This document shows positions 8,731 to 19,700 of a DNA stretch of 64,000 bases, piece by piece. Both the position numbers and the translations under genes were made by a program. Position 1 is the stretch's first letter. Every line of letters starts with the position of its first letter. Origin of the DNA: an uncultured Bacilli bacterium (lineage in GTDB: Bacteria > Bacillota_I > Bacilli_A > RF39 > UBA660); assembly GCA_947630575.1 (NCBI GenBank), contig CANRIB010000002.1, positions 30,725 to 94,724 on the forward strand, in the 5' to 3' direction. The notes under the pieces are model-generated. The model was not told the DNA's origin. It did not search any database and saw only the letters and a list, made by a program, of their open reading frames with translations.

Positions 8731-9696
8731 GTGATAATATTGAAAAAAACTAAATTAAAACTTAAAAAAAGTGTATGGGTAGGTATAATTATATTTATTT
8801 TCTTAAGTCTTGGCCTTTATGCTGGTATTAATATTTATCAAGATATCCAATATAAAAAGACTGATGAATACCAATTATTACAAATCGGTTACACTAAAGA
8901 TGAAATAAATATCTTAGAAAAAAACTTTAAAAATGGTATCAAAGAATTATTAAATAAAGAAAAAGATGAATTCTTACTATCTCTTTTTCAAGAAAAGTAT
9001 TACCTTAGTAATAATTTAAGTCGCTATCGGGCTTTTTATGAAATTCATCCCGATTATTCAGCCTCAAAAATTATAACTTATGTTAATACCAATAATGATT
9101 ATGATTATTATGAACATGACATTAATACTGATTTAACCCAAGATTATTTAATATTAGTAAATAAATATTACCATTTACCTAGCGATTATGAACCAGACGA
9201 TTTAGTAAAAGTAAACAATAAATACTACTATGGCGAAAACCACCAAATTCGTCAAGTTACCTATGATGCTTTTAAAAATATGTGGGAAGCTGCTTATAAT
9301 GAAGATATTTATTTAATTATTAATTCTAGTTACCGAACCTTTGATGAACAAAAAAGCGTTTATGATGATTATAAAGACTCCAAAGGTACTACCTATGCCG
9401 ATAGTATCGCCGCCCGTCCAGGTTACTCAGAACATCAAACTGGTTTATCTTTAGATATATTTAGTAAAACTCATACCACCACATCCAACTTTAAAGATTC
9501 TCCTGCTTATATCTGGCTCCAAAATAATGCTTATAAATATGGCTTTATTGAAAGATATACAGAAGAAGCGGAAGAAATAACTGGTTTTTCTGCTGAATCA
9601 TGGCACTGGCGCTATGTTGGAATAGAAGCCGCGACATACATCCATGAAAACAATATAACTTTTGATGAATACTATGCTTACTTTATTGCTAAGTAA
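8731..9696 (+). CDS. D-alanyl-D-alanine carboxypeptidase, peptidase M15B (VanY-like), with an N-terminal membrane anchor.
   Basis: M15 motifs GYSEHQTGLSLDI (SxHxxGxAxD) and ESWHWRYVG (ExxH); TM segment VWVGIIIFIFLSLGLYAGI. Confidence 0.8.
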   Translation: MIILKKTKLKLKKSVWVGIIIFIFLSLGLYAGINIYQDIQYKKTDEYQLLQIGYTKDEINILEKNFKNGIKELLNKEKDEFLLSLFQEKYYLSNNLSRYRAFYEIHPDYSASKIITYVNTNNDYDYYEHDINTDLTQDYLILVNKYYHLPSDYEPDDLVKVNNKYYYGENHQIRQVTYDAFKNMWEAAYNEDIYLIINSSYRTFDEQKSVYDDYKDSKGTTYADSIAARPGYSEHQTGLSLDIFSKTHTTTSNFKDSPAYIWLQNNAYKYGFIERYTEEAEEITGFSAESWHWRYVGIEAATYIHENNITFDEYYAYFIAK

Positions 9697-9754
9697 GCTT
9701 TTTTATTCCAAGAAAAAACTCAGAATCTAAAATTCCAAGTTTAATAATCAAATT

Positions 9755-9831
9755 TGGTGACCAGTACGAGATTCGAACTCGTGAATGCTGCCGTGAAAGG
9801 GCAGTGTGTTAAGCCGCTTCACCAACTGGCC
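9755..9831 (-). tRNA. tRNA-Glu (anticodon UUC).
   Basis: The reverse complement GGCCAGTTGGTGAAGCGG...CTGCC-CTTTCAC-GGCAG...GTTCGAATCTCGTACTGGTCACCA folds as a cloverleaf; CCA is encoded. Confidence 0.85.
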
Positions 9832-9838
9832 AAAAAAA

Positions 9839-9915
<77 letters not shown>

Positions 9916-9927
9916 ATAACAAATTAA

Positions 9928-10003
9928 TGGTGTCCCCTTAGGGATTCGAACCCTAGACCCACTGATTAAGAGTCAGTTGCTCTACCAGCTGAGCTAAGGA
10001 GAC
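9928..10003 (-). tRNA. tRNA-Lys (anticodon CUU).
   Basis: The reverse complement GTCTCCTTAGCTCAGCTGGTAGAGCAACTGACTCTTAATCAGTGGGTCTAGGGTTCGAATCCCTAAGGGGACACCA; the anticodon loop is CTCTTAA. Confidence 0.85.
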
Positions 10004-10073
10004 ATCTTTCAAACGCTCTTTAATTATATCATATTTTTAATAAAAGGCAATAGTAAATTATATATTTTTCCCT

Positions 10074-10091
10074 TTTTTATCAATTTTGTAG
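10074..10091. repeat. Left copy of the 18-bp direct repeat flanking the IS30-family element; putative long target-site duplication.
   Basis: TTTTTATCAATTTTGTAG matches 11703-11721 at 18 of 19 positions. Confidence 0.5.
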
Positions 10092-11702
10092 ATTATTATT
10101 GAAAGTGCACAATTGTTGTGCAATAAGTTTTGTAATGATATATAATATCTCTTAAGGCAATTTATTTGTCATATAAAGGAGGTATTATATACTATGACAA
10201 ATTATTGTCATCTATCTTATGAAGATAGAAAAAATATTGAAGATGGATTAAATGATAATAAATCTATCAATCAAATTGCTAAAGAAATTAATAGATGTCA
10301 CTCTTCTATTTTAAGAGAAATAGATAGAAACAAAAAATATTCTGAACCATCTAGTTGGAATAATTATAAAATTAATCACCCTGGTTTAGATTTATCTTGT
10401 GAAAGATTGGAACACTCTCCTTATGTTTGTAATGGCTGCAAATCTAGAAGTGGTTGTAGAAAGATTAGATGGACTTATTACGCAAGAGAAGCTCAAAAAT
10501 CATATGATGAATTAATTAAATCATCTAGACAAGGTATTAATTTAAACTACGATGAAATTTATAAAATAAATGAAATTATCTATCCACTTGTAAAAAAAGG
10601 ACAAACTATAAATCATTTATATATTAACCATCCTGATATTCTTGATTTTAGTAAAAGTTCTTTTTATAAGTATGTTAATAATGGTGTATTTGAATTTGGA
10701 CCTTTGGATTTTCCTAGAATTGTTAAATATAAAAAAAGAAAAAATAATCCTAATAGAAGAACTAGAAAAGAAAGAGAAATTTTGATTAATAGAAAATATA
10801 CTGATTTCTTAGATTATACATCTAGAAATCCTTATTTAAATATTGTTGAAATGGATACTGTTGAAGGATTACAAACTGAAGAAGATTGCTTTCTTACTCT
10901 TTTTTGGAGAAAATCTAATTTTATGCTTATATTTAAATTGGAATCTCAAACTACTGAAGAAGTAACTAGAATATTTAGCATTCTTCAAACTTTTATACCT
11001 GAAGAAGATTATAAAAAACTATTTCCAATTATTCTCACTGACAATGGTCATGAATTTTTTGATGTCAATAATATTGAGTATATTCATGAAACTGGTGAAT
11101 ATGTTACTCATCTTTTCTTTTGTGATCCTTCTGCTTCTTGGCAAAAAGGAGGCATAGAGAAAAACCATGAATTTATTCGTTATATTTTACCAAAAGGTTC
11201 TTCTTTTAAAAATATTACTCAAGAAGATTGTGATTTATTTATGAATAATATTAACAGTTTATGTCGTGATTCTTTAAATGGTAAGTCTCCTTATGAAGCA
11301 ATGTTATTTCTATGTGATGAATATATTCTTAAAAAACTTAATTGTTATTATATTAAACCTGATGACGTTATACTTAATGATTCATTATTAAAATATTAAT
11401 TTAAAAAAAGATATTTATAACTACCAATTATAAATATCAATTTTGACAAATAAATTGCCAATCTTATAAATTTTAAACTAATGTAGATATTGTGCATTTA
11501 GTTTTAAAAATTCACACATACCTGCACTTTTTTGCATGGAATAATTTCCTTTTTGCAGTAATAATATATCACTTCTTTTATTTTTTGTCTATTTATTTTT
11601 TCTATATTCTTTAAAATTCATTAAAAAAAGTGCACTTTCTTATGAAAATGTACTTTTTTAACTCAATTGCACTTATTTGTGCACTTTACTTAAAATTTAA
11701 CG
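10092..11702 (+). mobile_element. IS30-family insertion sequence (IS1630-like).
   Basis: A single IS30-type transposase ORF is present. Imperfect terminal IRs contain AAAGTGCACAA (left about 10102-10113; right about 11669-11684, reverse complement). The element is flanked by 18/19-bp direct repeats, TTTTTATCAATTTTGTAG (10074-10091) and TTTTTATCAATTTTAGTAG (11703-11721). An alternative inner boundary is a perfect 15-bp IR, GGCAATTTATTTGTC at 10156-10170 and its reverse complement at 11445-11459. The element sits immediately beside the tRNA cluster. Confidence 0.5.
10194..11399 (+). CDS. IS30-family transposase (N-terminal HTH, Cys-rich segment, C-terminal DDE/rve core).
   Basis: N-terminal NQIAKEINRCHSSILREIDRN resembles the IS30 HTH (..STISRELKRN); C-terminal ILTDNGHEF...FFCDPSASWQKGGIEKNHEFIRYILPKG matches the IS30 DDE region. 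RBS AAAGGAGG. Confidence 0.85.
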   Translation: MTNYCHLSYEDRKNIEDGLNDNKSINQIAKEINRCHSSILREIDRNKKYSEPSSWNNYKINHPGLDLSCERLEHSPYVCNGCKSRSGCRKIRWTYYAREAQKSYDELIKSSRQGINLNYDEIYKINEIIYPLVKKGQTINHLYINHPDILDFSKSSFYKYVNNGVFEFGPLDFPRIVKYKKRKNNPNRRTRKEREILINRKYTDFLDYTSRNPYLNIVEMDTVEGLQTEEDCFLTLFWRKSNFMLIFKLESQTTEEVTRIFSILQTFIPEEDYKKLFPIILTDNGHEFFDVNNIEYIHETGEYVTHLFFCDPSASWQKGGIEKNHEFIRYILPKGSSFKNITQEDCDLFMNNINSLCRDSLNGKSPYEAMLFLCDEYILKKLNCYYIKPDDVILNDSLLKY

Positions 11703-11721
11703 TTTTTATCAATTTTAGTAG
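11703..11721. repeat. Right copy of the direct repeat flanking the IS30-family element.
   Basis: TTTTTATCAATTTTAGTAG. Confidence 0.5.
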
Positions 11722-11810
11722 CATTTAAAGATTAAAACTAAATTTCCATTTATTAATCTAACCATTTTTTGTTATTTTTATATTCACAACTTTCATTTTA
11801 AATTTATTAA

Positions 11811-13604
11811 TTATCTAAATCCCCCTCCTGAAGAACCACCTGATGAACTACCACCACCGGAGTAACTACTGCCTCCTCCCCCAGTATCTCTACTAGACCC
11901 ACTGTAACTGCTAGAACTTCTCGCGGCAGCCCGAGCAACCCCTTCTTGCATCCCTTCATAGCACAATATAGCCATACTTCTAACTGCAACCGTAGTCATT
12001 TCGGTATTAAGTAAAGTTTCATGATTAAAATTAGGATATAATTTACTAAATTGTTCTTCAACTTTATCTGCAATTCCTAAAATCATGGCAAAAATTAAAT
12101 ATTCTTCCCAAATATGCACTTCAAAATATTCTCTTTCAGGCATAATACTAAAATCTAATAAAAACTTTTTTAAGCCCATCATTTGAATTGCTTCTTCTTT
12201 TAAATTTGGATTAACATCTTTAATAGTATTCTTTCTCTTAATACCAAATGCCCCTTTAGTTTCTTCTACTCTCCTTGTAATTAAACCTTCTTGTTCTAAC
12301 ATATTTTCTTCTCTACTACTTAAAGTGGCAAACCAATCTTTTATTTTAATATAATTCTTCCGACTCCATTTAGCAAATTCTTGTGCTTCCAATATTTTAT
12401 TGTATCCTGCTGCATCTTTTAACATATTAAATAAATCTCTTTCCGTATCATTTAAATCGATATTTATATCATTAAAATGAATCGCATAATTATTATCTTT
12501 TAAACTAAATAATCCTTTTTTAGTTTCTGTAACTGTTATATAACCATTTTTAATTCCTTTTAATAATATTGCTCCAATAATTCCCTGATTTAAAGTTTTT
12601 TCCGGAACTACTCTATATTGTAAACATACCCAATAAGCTCTTTCTAAATCTTTATTACAAGGTATATCTCGCCAATAATTAATCTCTGAATCTGCAGGCA
12701 ATTTTCTTCCTTGTGCCCCAAAATTAAGCGTTGAAGAAGGTTTAGTAGGAACTGTTAAAGTTATTAATACGACTATACAAATAATCCACGAAATGGGATT
12801 AACCGCCGCATATAAAATAACGATTGCTAGTCCAAAAATTATATCTTTAAACTCAATCTTTTTATTATTGGTATTATTATAATCACCATCAGGAACATCA
12901 CTAAATGCTGAATCATATACATCTTGAAAAGATTCATTAGACTTATTCGCAGTCTTAAATAAATTATCTTCAAATCTAATTAAACCTACCATATATTGAC
13001 TTACTGCTAAACTTCCATTAGAATCTAAAATAATCGAACCATCCGAAAAAGTATCACTTCCTTGATATCCAAAAGCCCAAATTCTAGTATTATCAAGTGA
13101 AAATGGTATATCTGAATGAATAGTAATTCTAGCGGCTCCCACTTCTTGATCTAAATTTAAAAAATCAAAATAAATTCCCTGTGTATCAGTATATTGCACA
13201 ACAAAATTATTAATATCATAATTTAAAGTATATGTTCTCTTTCCGTATTTAGAAATACCAAAACATAATTCCACCCCTTGAGAAATATAATGTAACCCAC
13301 TTTTATAAGCTTTATAATCAAAATTTGCCCCAGTATTCCAACTTGCTAAGGCATCATAAACTCGCCCTGAATCATCACTAACTCTAAAATTAGTAATACT
13401 AGCCCCATTTAATTTAGTATAAGGTCTATAGCCTTCTGTTCCTTGATTTAAATAAGCATCCCAAACCTCCGTAACTGAAGCATTACCATCACTATCTATA
13501 TAAATATCCATATCTATTCTATTTATAGAATTAGCTTTTACTAAAGGCAAGGAAAAAAAGAAAGCCATAACACATAATAATATTTTTTTAATTATTTTCT
13601 TCAC
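11811..13604 (-). CDS. DUF2207-like membrane protein (signal peptide, extracellular domain, TM segments, C-terminal Gly/Ser-rich tail).
   Basis: 597 aa with signal MKKIIKKILLCVMAFFFSLPLVKA and a central TM pair. The terminal tail SSSSYSGSSRDTGGGGSSYSGGGSSSGGSSGGGFR is characteristic of the DUF2207 family. Confidence 0.6.
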   Translation of the reverse strand: MKKIIKKILLCVMAFFFSLPLVKANSINRIDMDIYIDSDGNASVTEVWDAYLNQGTEGYRPYTKLNGASITNFRVSDDSGRVYDALASWNTGANFDYKAYKSGLHYISQGVELCFGISKYGKRTYTLNYDINNFVVQYTDTQGIYFDFLNLDQEVGAARITIHSDIPFSLDNTRIWAFGYQGSDTFSDGSIILDSNGSLAVSQYMVGLIRFEDNLFKTANKSNESFQDVYDSAFSDVPDGDYNNTNNKKIEFKDIIFGLAIVILYAAVNPISWIICIVVLITLTVPTKPSSTLNFGAQGRKLPADSEINYWRDIPCNKDLERAYWVCLQYRVVPEKTLNQGIIGAILLKGIKNGYITVTETKKGLFSLKDNNYAIHFNDINIDLNDTERDLFNMLKDAAGYNKILEAQEFAKWSRKNYIKIKDWFATLSSREENMLEQEGLITRRVEETKGAFGIKRKNTIKDVNPNLKEEAIQMMGLKKFLLDFSIMPEREYFEVHIWEEYLIFAMILGIADKVEEQFSKLYPNFNHETLLNTEMTTVAVRSMAILCYEGMQEGVARAAARSSSSYSGSSRDTGGGGSSYSGGGSSSGGSSGGGFR

Positions 13605-13687
13605 TCAAACCACCAATATACTCTCTATCTTATATTATAATAACAAATTAATAGAAATTTGTCATTATTATTTTTTTAATTTATAAA

Positions 13688-13716
13688 AAGATAACACCCA
13701 ATTAAAGTGTTATCCT
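13688..13716 (-). terminator. Hairpin GATAACAC-n9-GTGTTATC followed by a T-run on the minus strand, overlapping the stop of the giant ORF.
   Basis: Inverted repeat read directly; minus-strand reading gives the hairpin followed by CTTTTTAT. Confidence 0.45.
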
Positions 13717-16700
13717 TTATTAACTTTTAAATCACTGACATCTTGCTGTGGGGTATCTAAAAATATATCATCTAGAAAATCATCAGTTTCTTTTTTAAGT
13801 GCATAATATAAATCTCTTCTTACTTGATTACTTTCTGTAAGTCCAAGTAAAGGTGCTAATTCTAATCTATTACACCAATAATCACTAATACATGTCGGTT
13901 TTCTTTCTAAAAGTTTTCCTACATCTGTTCTATAATGCTCTGCATCTTTTATTAAGGCATCATAGAATCTTTGAACATAATCTTTAACATTAACTACTTT
14001 ATTAAGTTTTGCTAAATTATCTTTTGTTTCTTGAAATCTATATTTTTTATATGTATCAAAATCTTCAAACTTACCTTCTGTTATTGTTTTAAGAGCCATC
14101 GTATCCGTTTTATAATTAGCATAAGAAACTCCTTTAGATGGATCATCTATATTATTATATATTTCTTTTCTTATATAATTAATATTACTATTATATTCAA
14201 TATAACCCTTTTCATAACCTGCATAACCAAGCATTTCATATGCAATCCATTTTAAAGCATAAGAATCAGGTCTACCATCTGGATTATTTGGCTGATACCA
14301 ATGCACTGAATTAAGTCCTTCTCCTCCATAAGAGTTAGAGCCTCTACTAGCTACTTTATAAACTCCTGGATAAAGCATTAATCTATTATTAATTAAATCA
14401 TCTATCGAACTTAAATGCATATCTTGAAAAGCTTTAGTATCTAAATAAGAATATCTTGTGGTCTGTCTTGCTCTAAACTTAGAATATTCACTTCCCCCAT
14501 ATTTTTCTTCATTTGGATAAGATACTTGAACCGCCGTATTAGCCTGATCATCAGGATCAAGTTGTAAAAATGCCATTGCTTCTATATAATCCATTACATA
14601 TATTGTTTTAAATACTTTATTATAATAATCATATATTTCTGCTGGAGTATCTATTCTTTCTGGAGTATAATTTGACCCAATTTGAGTATCTTTATCAAAA
14701 TATACTGATAAATTCATAACTATATCATTAGGTCCAAAAGATTGCATTAAATTACTATCCGCGTAATCTTCTCCACCCGCATCAAATCTTCGTCCATTAT
14801 TTCGTAAGAATAATCTTGCATCAATATTATGGGCTGATTCATGTGACCAAGTATGATATGTATATTCTTGTACTTCCCCATATTCTGGAATTAAATTACC
14901 ATCCATTAAACCTTCGGCACTCCAATCAATCCTATCACCCCACGCAACCGCGGCATTACCATCACTATAAGCCCATTGACCTACAACTTCATTAAAATTC
15001 TTATGGAACGGATCACTTGTTGTATAAGGTTGCTGATAAGTTGAAGAACCATTTATATCATAAGTATATCTTTTATCTGTTTGGAAAGTATGAATATCAT
15101 TAAATACTTGAGCATCATTAAGTAATTTATAAGCTGTATCATAATAACTAGCCATTCTAGTTGTATAACTCTCCACTCTTCTTTTAAACTTAACTTGCTC
15201 ATCTGGATTTTCTGGATCAACCATATAAGTCCTCTCTGAACCTATAATAAATTGCACTGGACTTGAAATAATATAAGCCGCATTTTTAGGTAAAGTAAGA
15301 ATTGGTAAAATAAAGTTATATGGCTTATAGCTATTACCTTTATGATTTGCATCTTCATTACTAAAATGATCCCATAAAGTATATTGCACTTCAGGATGAT
15401 CTTTAATTGGTATTTCAACTAAATAACCTTTAAATTGTTCTTTAGTCCATATATCCATATCCTTATCACTAAACTCTGTTACCACATATTCCAAGAACTT
15501 AGCAATTGTCTTTAAATTAGTATATTCTCCTAAAACAGAAGCATATCTTGTATTAGTTTCATTTGTTTTAAAATTATTACTATCTTTAAAGAATAAATCT
15601 GTTATTCTTAAAGGCGTTAAACTATTATCAAACCCTTGCATATTAAATAAAACAAAATCATATAACTTCATACCATCTATATCAATATCATAAAAACGTC
15701 TTAAATAATTATACATATATAAAACTTTTTCTATTTTTTTATCTTTCTTAATTTCTCTTTCTATATAGCTATTAATACCATCATTATTCGTAGTATTTGT
15801 ATAATTACTATTTGCTAAAAATTTTAAAACAAACTCTTTTAATTCTTTACTTGTTACCTCATTATAAAAATCCCGATATATTCTACTATCATCCATAGAT
15901 GTTAAAATATCTAAATTATTCGTATAATCTAAACTACTTAAATAATTAGTTAAATTATTTACAACCTGTGAATTAGCATCTATTACATAATGATTATAAT
16001 TATAATCTATTCCTAGTTTATCAATTCTATAACTAGCTACCATATCATATGTATTATCAAATCTAACATCATATTCTATCTTTTCTTTAGTTTTAAATAC
16101 TATTTTAATCTTACTTATTTTTTTAACATTATCACTAGTTAAATAAGTAACAATACCCCCAGTTTTATCTACTGGTACTATATGACTTATTTCTTTATTA
16201 TCTAAATAATCATCATTAATATATTTCGCCGTATTTATTATTTTATCTTTATCATAAAAAGGCATTAATTTAGTTAAATTTTCATATAATATTTCTTTAT
16301 TAGAATCATATCCTTGCATATCACTATAAGGGGATTTTACTTCAAAATCTTCTCCTTTAAATATTGGTGGATTATCAAAAGATACTCCATCTAAATTCCA
16401 GATACTATCATCCCAATGAAGAGTATTTTTAAAGAAACTTGCATTAATTTCCTTTTTAGAAATAACATTAATACTACTATTTTGATTAGAAGCTAATTTT
16501 GATTCTTCCAGTTCATAAACATTATTAGCTTTAATCCCATTACCATGAACTCTATAACCACCTGTTCCATCCGCAAAACTTACACTATTATTTAAATAAG
16601 TATTATTTACATTGTTAGTCCAACCAAGGAAACCTGCTTTTGTTCCTGAACTTGTCGTTAATTCAACTTTACTATAACAATTTTCAATTGTCGCCTTATC

Positions 16701-19700
16701 TACTTCTCCAACAATTCCCCCAATCGCATCCCAACTACCGGCAATAGTACTATTATTAATATAACTATTTCGAACTATTACATTATTGTATGATCGCCCA
16801 ATAAAGCCACCAATTCTTTTACCTCCACTAGCCATACTATTAACAATTGAAGATGCCTCAATTATAATACTATTTTTAGTATCACCAAACATAATACCTG
16901 TTCCATCCGTAACTTCATTAGCTTTAATACTACTATTATAAATATGTACATTATCTATTTTTACATCTGTTGCCGTATTAGCAAGTATTCCTCGAACTGC
17001 CCCTGATATTTTGGCTTTATCAATAGTTAAATTTTTAATCTCCGCATTAGCCCCTAATTCTTTAAATAATTGTTTATCTAAATTATAAATCTTATGCCCA
17101 TTACCGTCTAAAATTCCACTATAAGATAAAACATAATATTCTGAATCAGTATTTATTAAGCTTGCATCATAATCCCTCATTAAAGTTACATTTTCATTAT
17201 TATTTAACTTCTCCAATAATTCTTTTAAAGCTTTATCAGGATGAAATTCATTTCTAACTATTCCCTCTTTAATTTCCCCAAAATCTATTCTAATAGTTCT
17301 TGTTTTATTGGTATTTTCTTTTGTCACATATTGATAATCTAAAACAATAAATAGATGCTTATTCTCTTCTACCACCATTTTAATTTTTGCTCTAACGCTT
17401 GGCATACTATCCATTACAACTTCAACAAAATAGTCATCTTTATTATTTTTAAGTTCTTGAACATTTATTTCATCTACTAATAAAACTTTTTCAAGCCCAT
17501 TTTCTTCTGTAACTTTATATAAACTAACATCTGTTATATCTTTTAATTCAATATTATTTTCATCTAAAGAAATAACCTCATCTAAAAGTATTGCGCTCTC
17601 ATAATAATTAGGACTACCCTCAATCATATCTATATCTCTATCATAATCTACATATACTTTTACATAATATCTCAAAACATTATCTAAAGAAACAAACCTA
17701 ATTTCTTTTTGATAACTACCATTATATTTTTCTTGACCTTTATCATCCACGATTAAAACTCGAGCATTACCCACAAGTGATTTATCTGTATCTGTAGCTT
17801 CTAATGTTAATTTAATTTGTTTATTATCTAATATTTCATATTTAAAATTACTAATCGTAATAACATCTTTTAATATTTCTAACTTAATTTTAGTTTCTTC
17901 TTTTAAAGTTATTTTCTTTCCATTATTTAAAATAATGTCGGTAATAACTACTTCTTTTTCTCCACAAGAACTATAACCATTAAGCATAACTTGATATTTA
18001 TCTTCTATTTTAGTTAAAAGATATTCTTTATTATCAATAATTACTTTTTGAGGCTCTACTCCTAATTCTTCTTTAATTCCAGCAATCTCAAAATTAAGCT
18101 TAACATCTTCATTTTTTAAAAAGTACTTATTATTATCTTTACTTAAAGCTACTCCCTTATTAATAGTTATATCTTCATATGTACTATCACTAAATAACCC
18201 ATATTTCGCCTTAAATATTTCTTTATTACTATATTCATTTTGATCTTTAGCTTCTTCTAAAATATCACTATCTAAATCATAACTAGCCAAAATCGAAAAA
18301 TCCATATTTTCATCTTTTTTTACATCAAGAAAAGTAATCGTGTTATGTCCTCGTTTAATTTCTTGCTCTTTATCGCCTAGTCTAATTTTTCCCTCTTTAA
18401 AGCTATCATCATTATCTTGAGCTTTCTTATCTAATAAAACATCAAAATCAAATGTAACTTCACCCTTTAAATAATCATCATTAATTATTAAATTAGCAAT
18501 TTTCGGTTCATCTTTTAAAACATCTATTGTTATTTTATTATCTAAAACGGTATAAAAATTATGTATTTTGGTGTAATAACTAGTATATTCTAATTGTACA
18601 CGATTAGCCATAATATCTAATATTCCTGCTTCATCAGGAACTGTTAAAGTAACTCTTGAACGATAGGTATTTGCTTCATCTGTTTTTTCTTGCTCTGCTA
18701 CATAATTAAGTCCATTAATTGTAATCGCCGATAATCTTGTATAATTACTTCCTATATTATAATTAGTTTTAAAATCATTTTGCACACTATCGCCAACATA
18801 AACATAAAAACTAAGCTCATATCTTTTCTGTCCTTTAGTTGGATATTTAGTATTTGGTGTTTTAATTTCTATTCTCTTAATATAAATATCATTTACTATT
18901 GTTATTTCTTCTTCACCAATACTTGTATCTGTATAAGTGTATTTATCCCCTAATTCATAGCTGCCTAAAAACTCTACTTTATAATGTCCATCTGTATTTT
19001 TATCATAAGCTAACAAAATCTCTTGCTCTTTATTATTAACTAAATCATCTATATCTTTTGATACTACTATTTTTCCTGTTGAATCAACTAAAACAGCCTT
19101 TAAACCCTTTAAAGTATTATCTCCATCTTGGATTTTAAAATTAACTTTAATACTTTTAGTATCTTTAATATCTTGTAGCTCAATATTGGTAACAACCGGT
19201 TTAGTTTTTAAAACATTATAAGTTAAAGTATTCGCATGATAATCTTTTTCATTTAAAAATGTTCTTAATGTTCTTAAAGCAACACTATCTAAAGTAACGG
19301 TATGCTTACCCGGAGTAGTTAAAGCATCAGTTAATTCTACCTCATACAAATCCCCTGTTACTTTTGTAATCATATATTCATTAGTATTATCTTTCATTGT
19401 TAAAGTTGCTCTTTCAATTGGCACATTTTTAACATTAGAGCTCTTAAAAGAAACAATCGGCTTCTCATTTTTCTGAATTGCATCTGTAATTCCTACATCA
19501 GTTAAAACAAAATCATAATTTCCACCCAAAGTAAACGTATGACTAAATATTTCTTGTTCAACATATAAATTATCTTTATTTGTTTTATCACTATCTAAAT
19601 CATAAGTAGCTAAAACTACAATATTATAAATTTTATCTTCCAAAAACTCATAATGAATAGTATTATCACTCTTTAATACTTCACTCATTAATTTATTATT

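Noticed and set aside
11807-11989. Track ORF 11807..11989 (-), 60 aa.
   Set aside because: It is an alternative frame of the Gly/Ser-rich tail of the DUF2207-like gene; the long ORF 11811..13604 explains the region.
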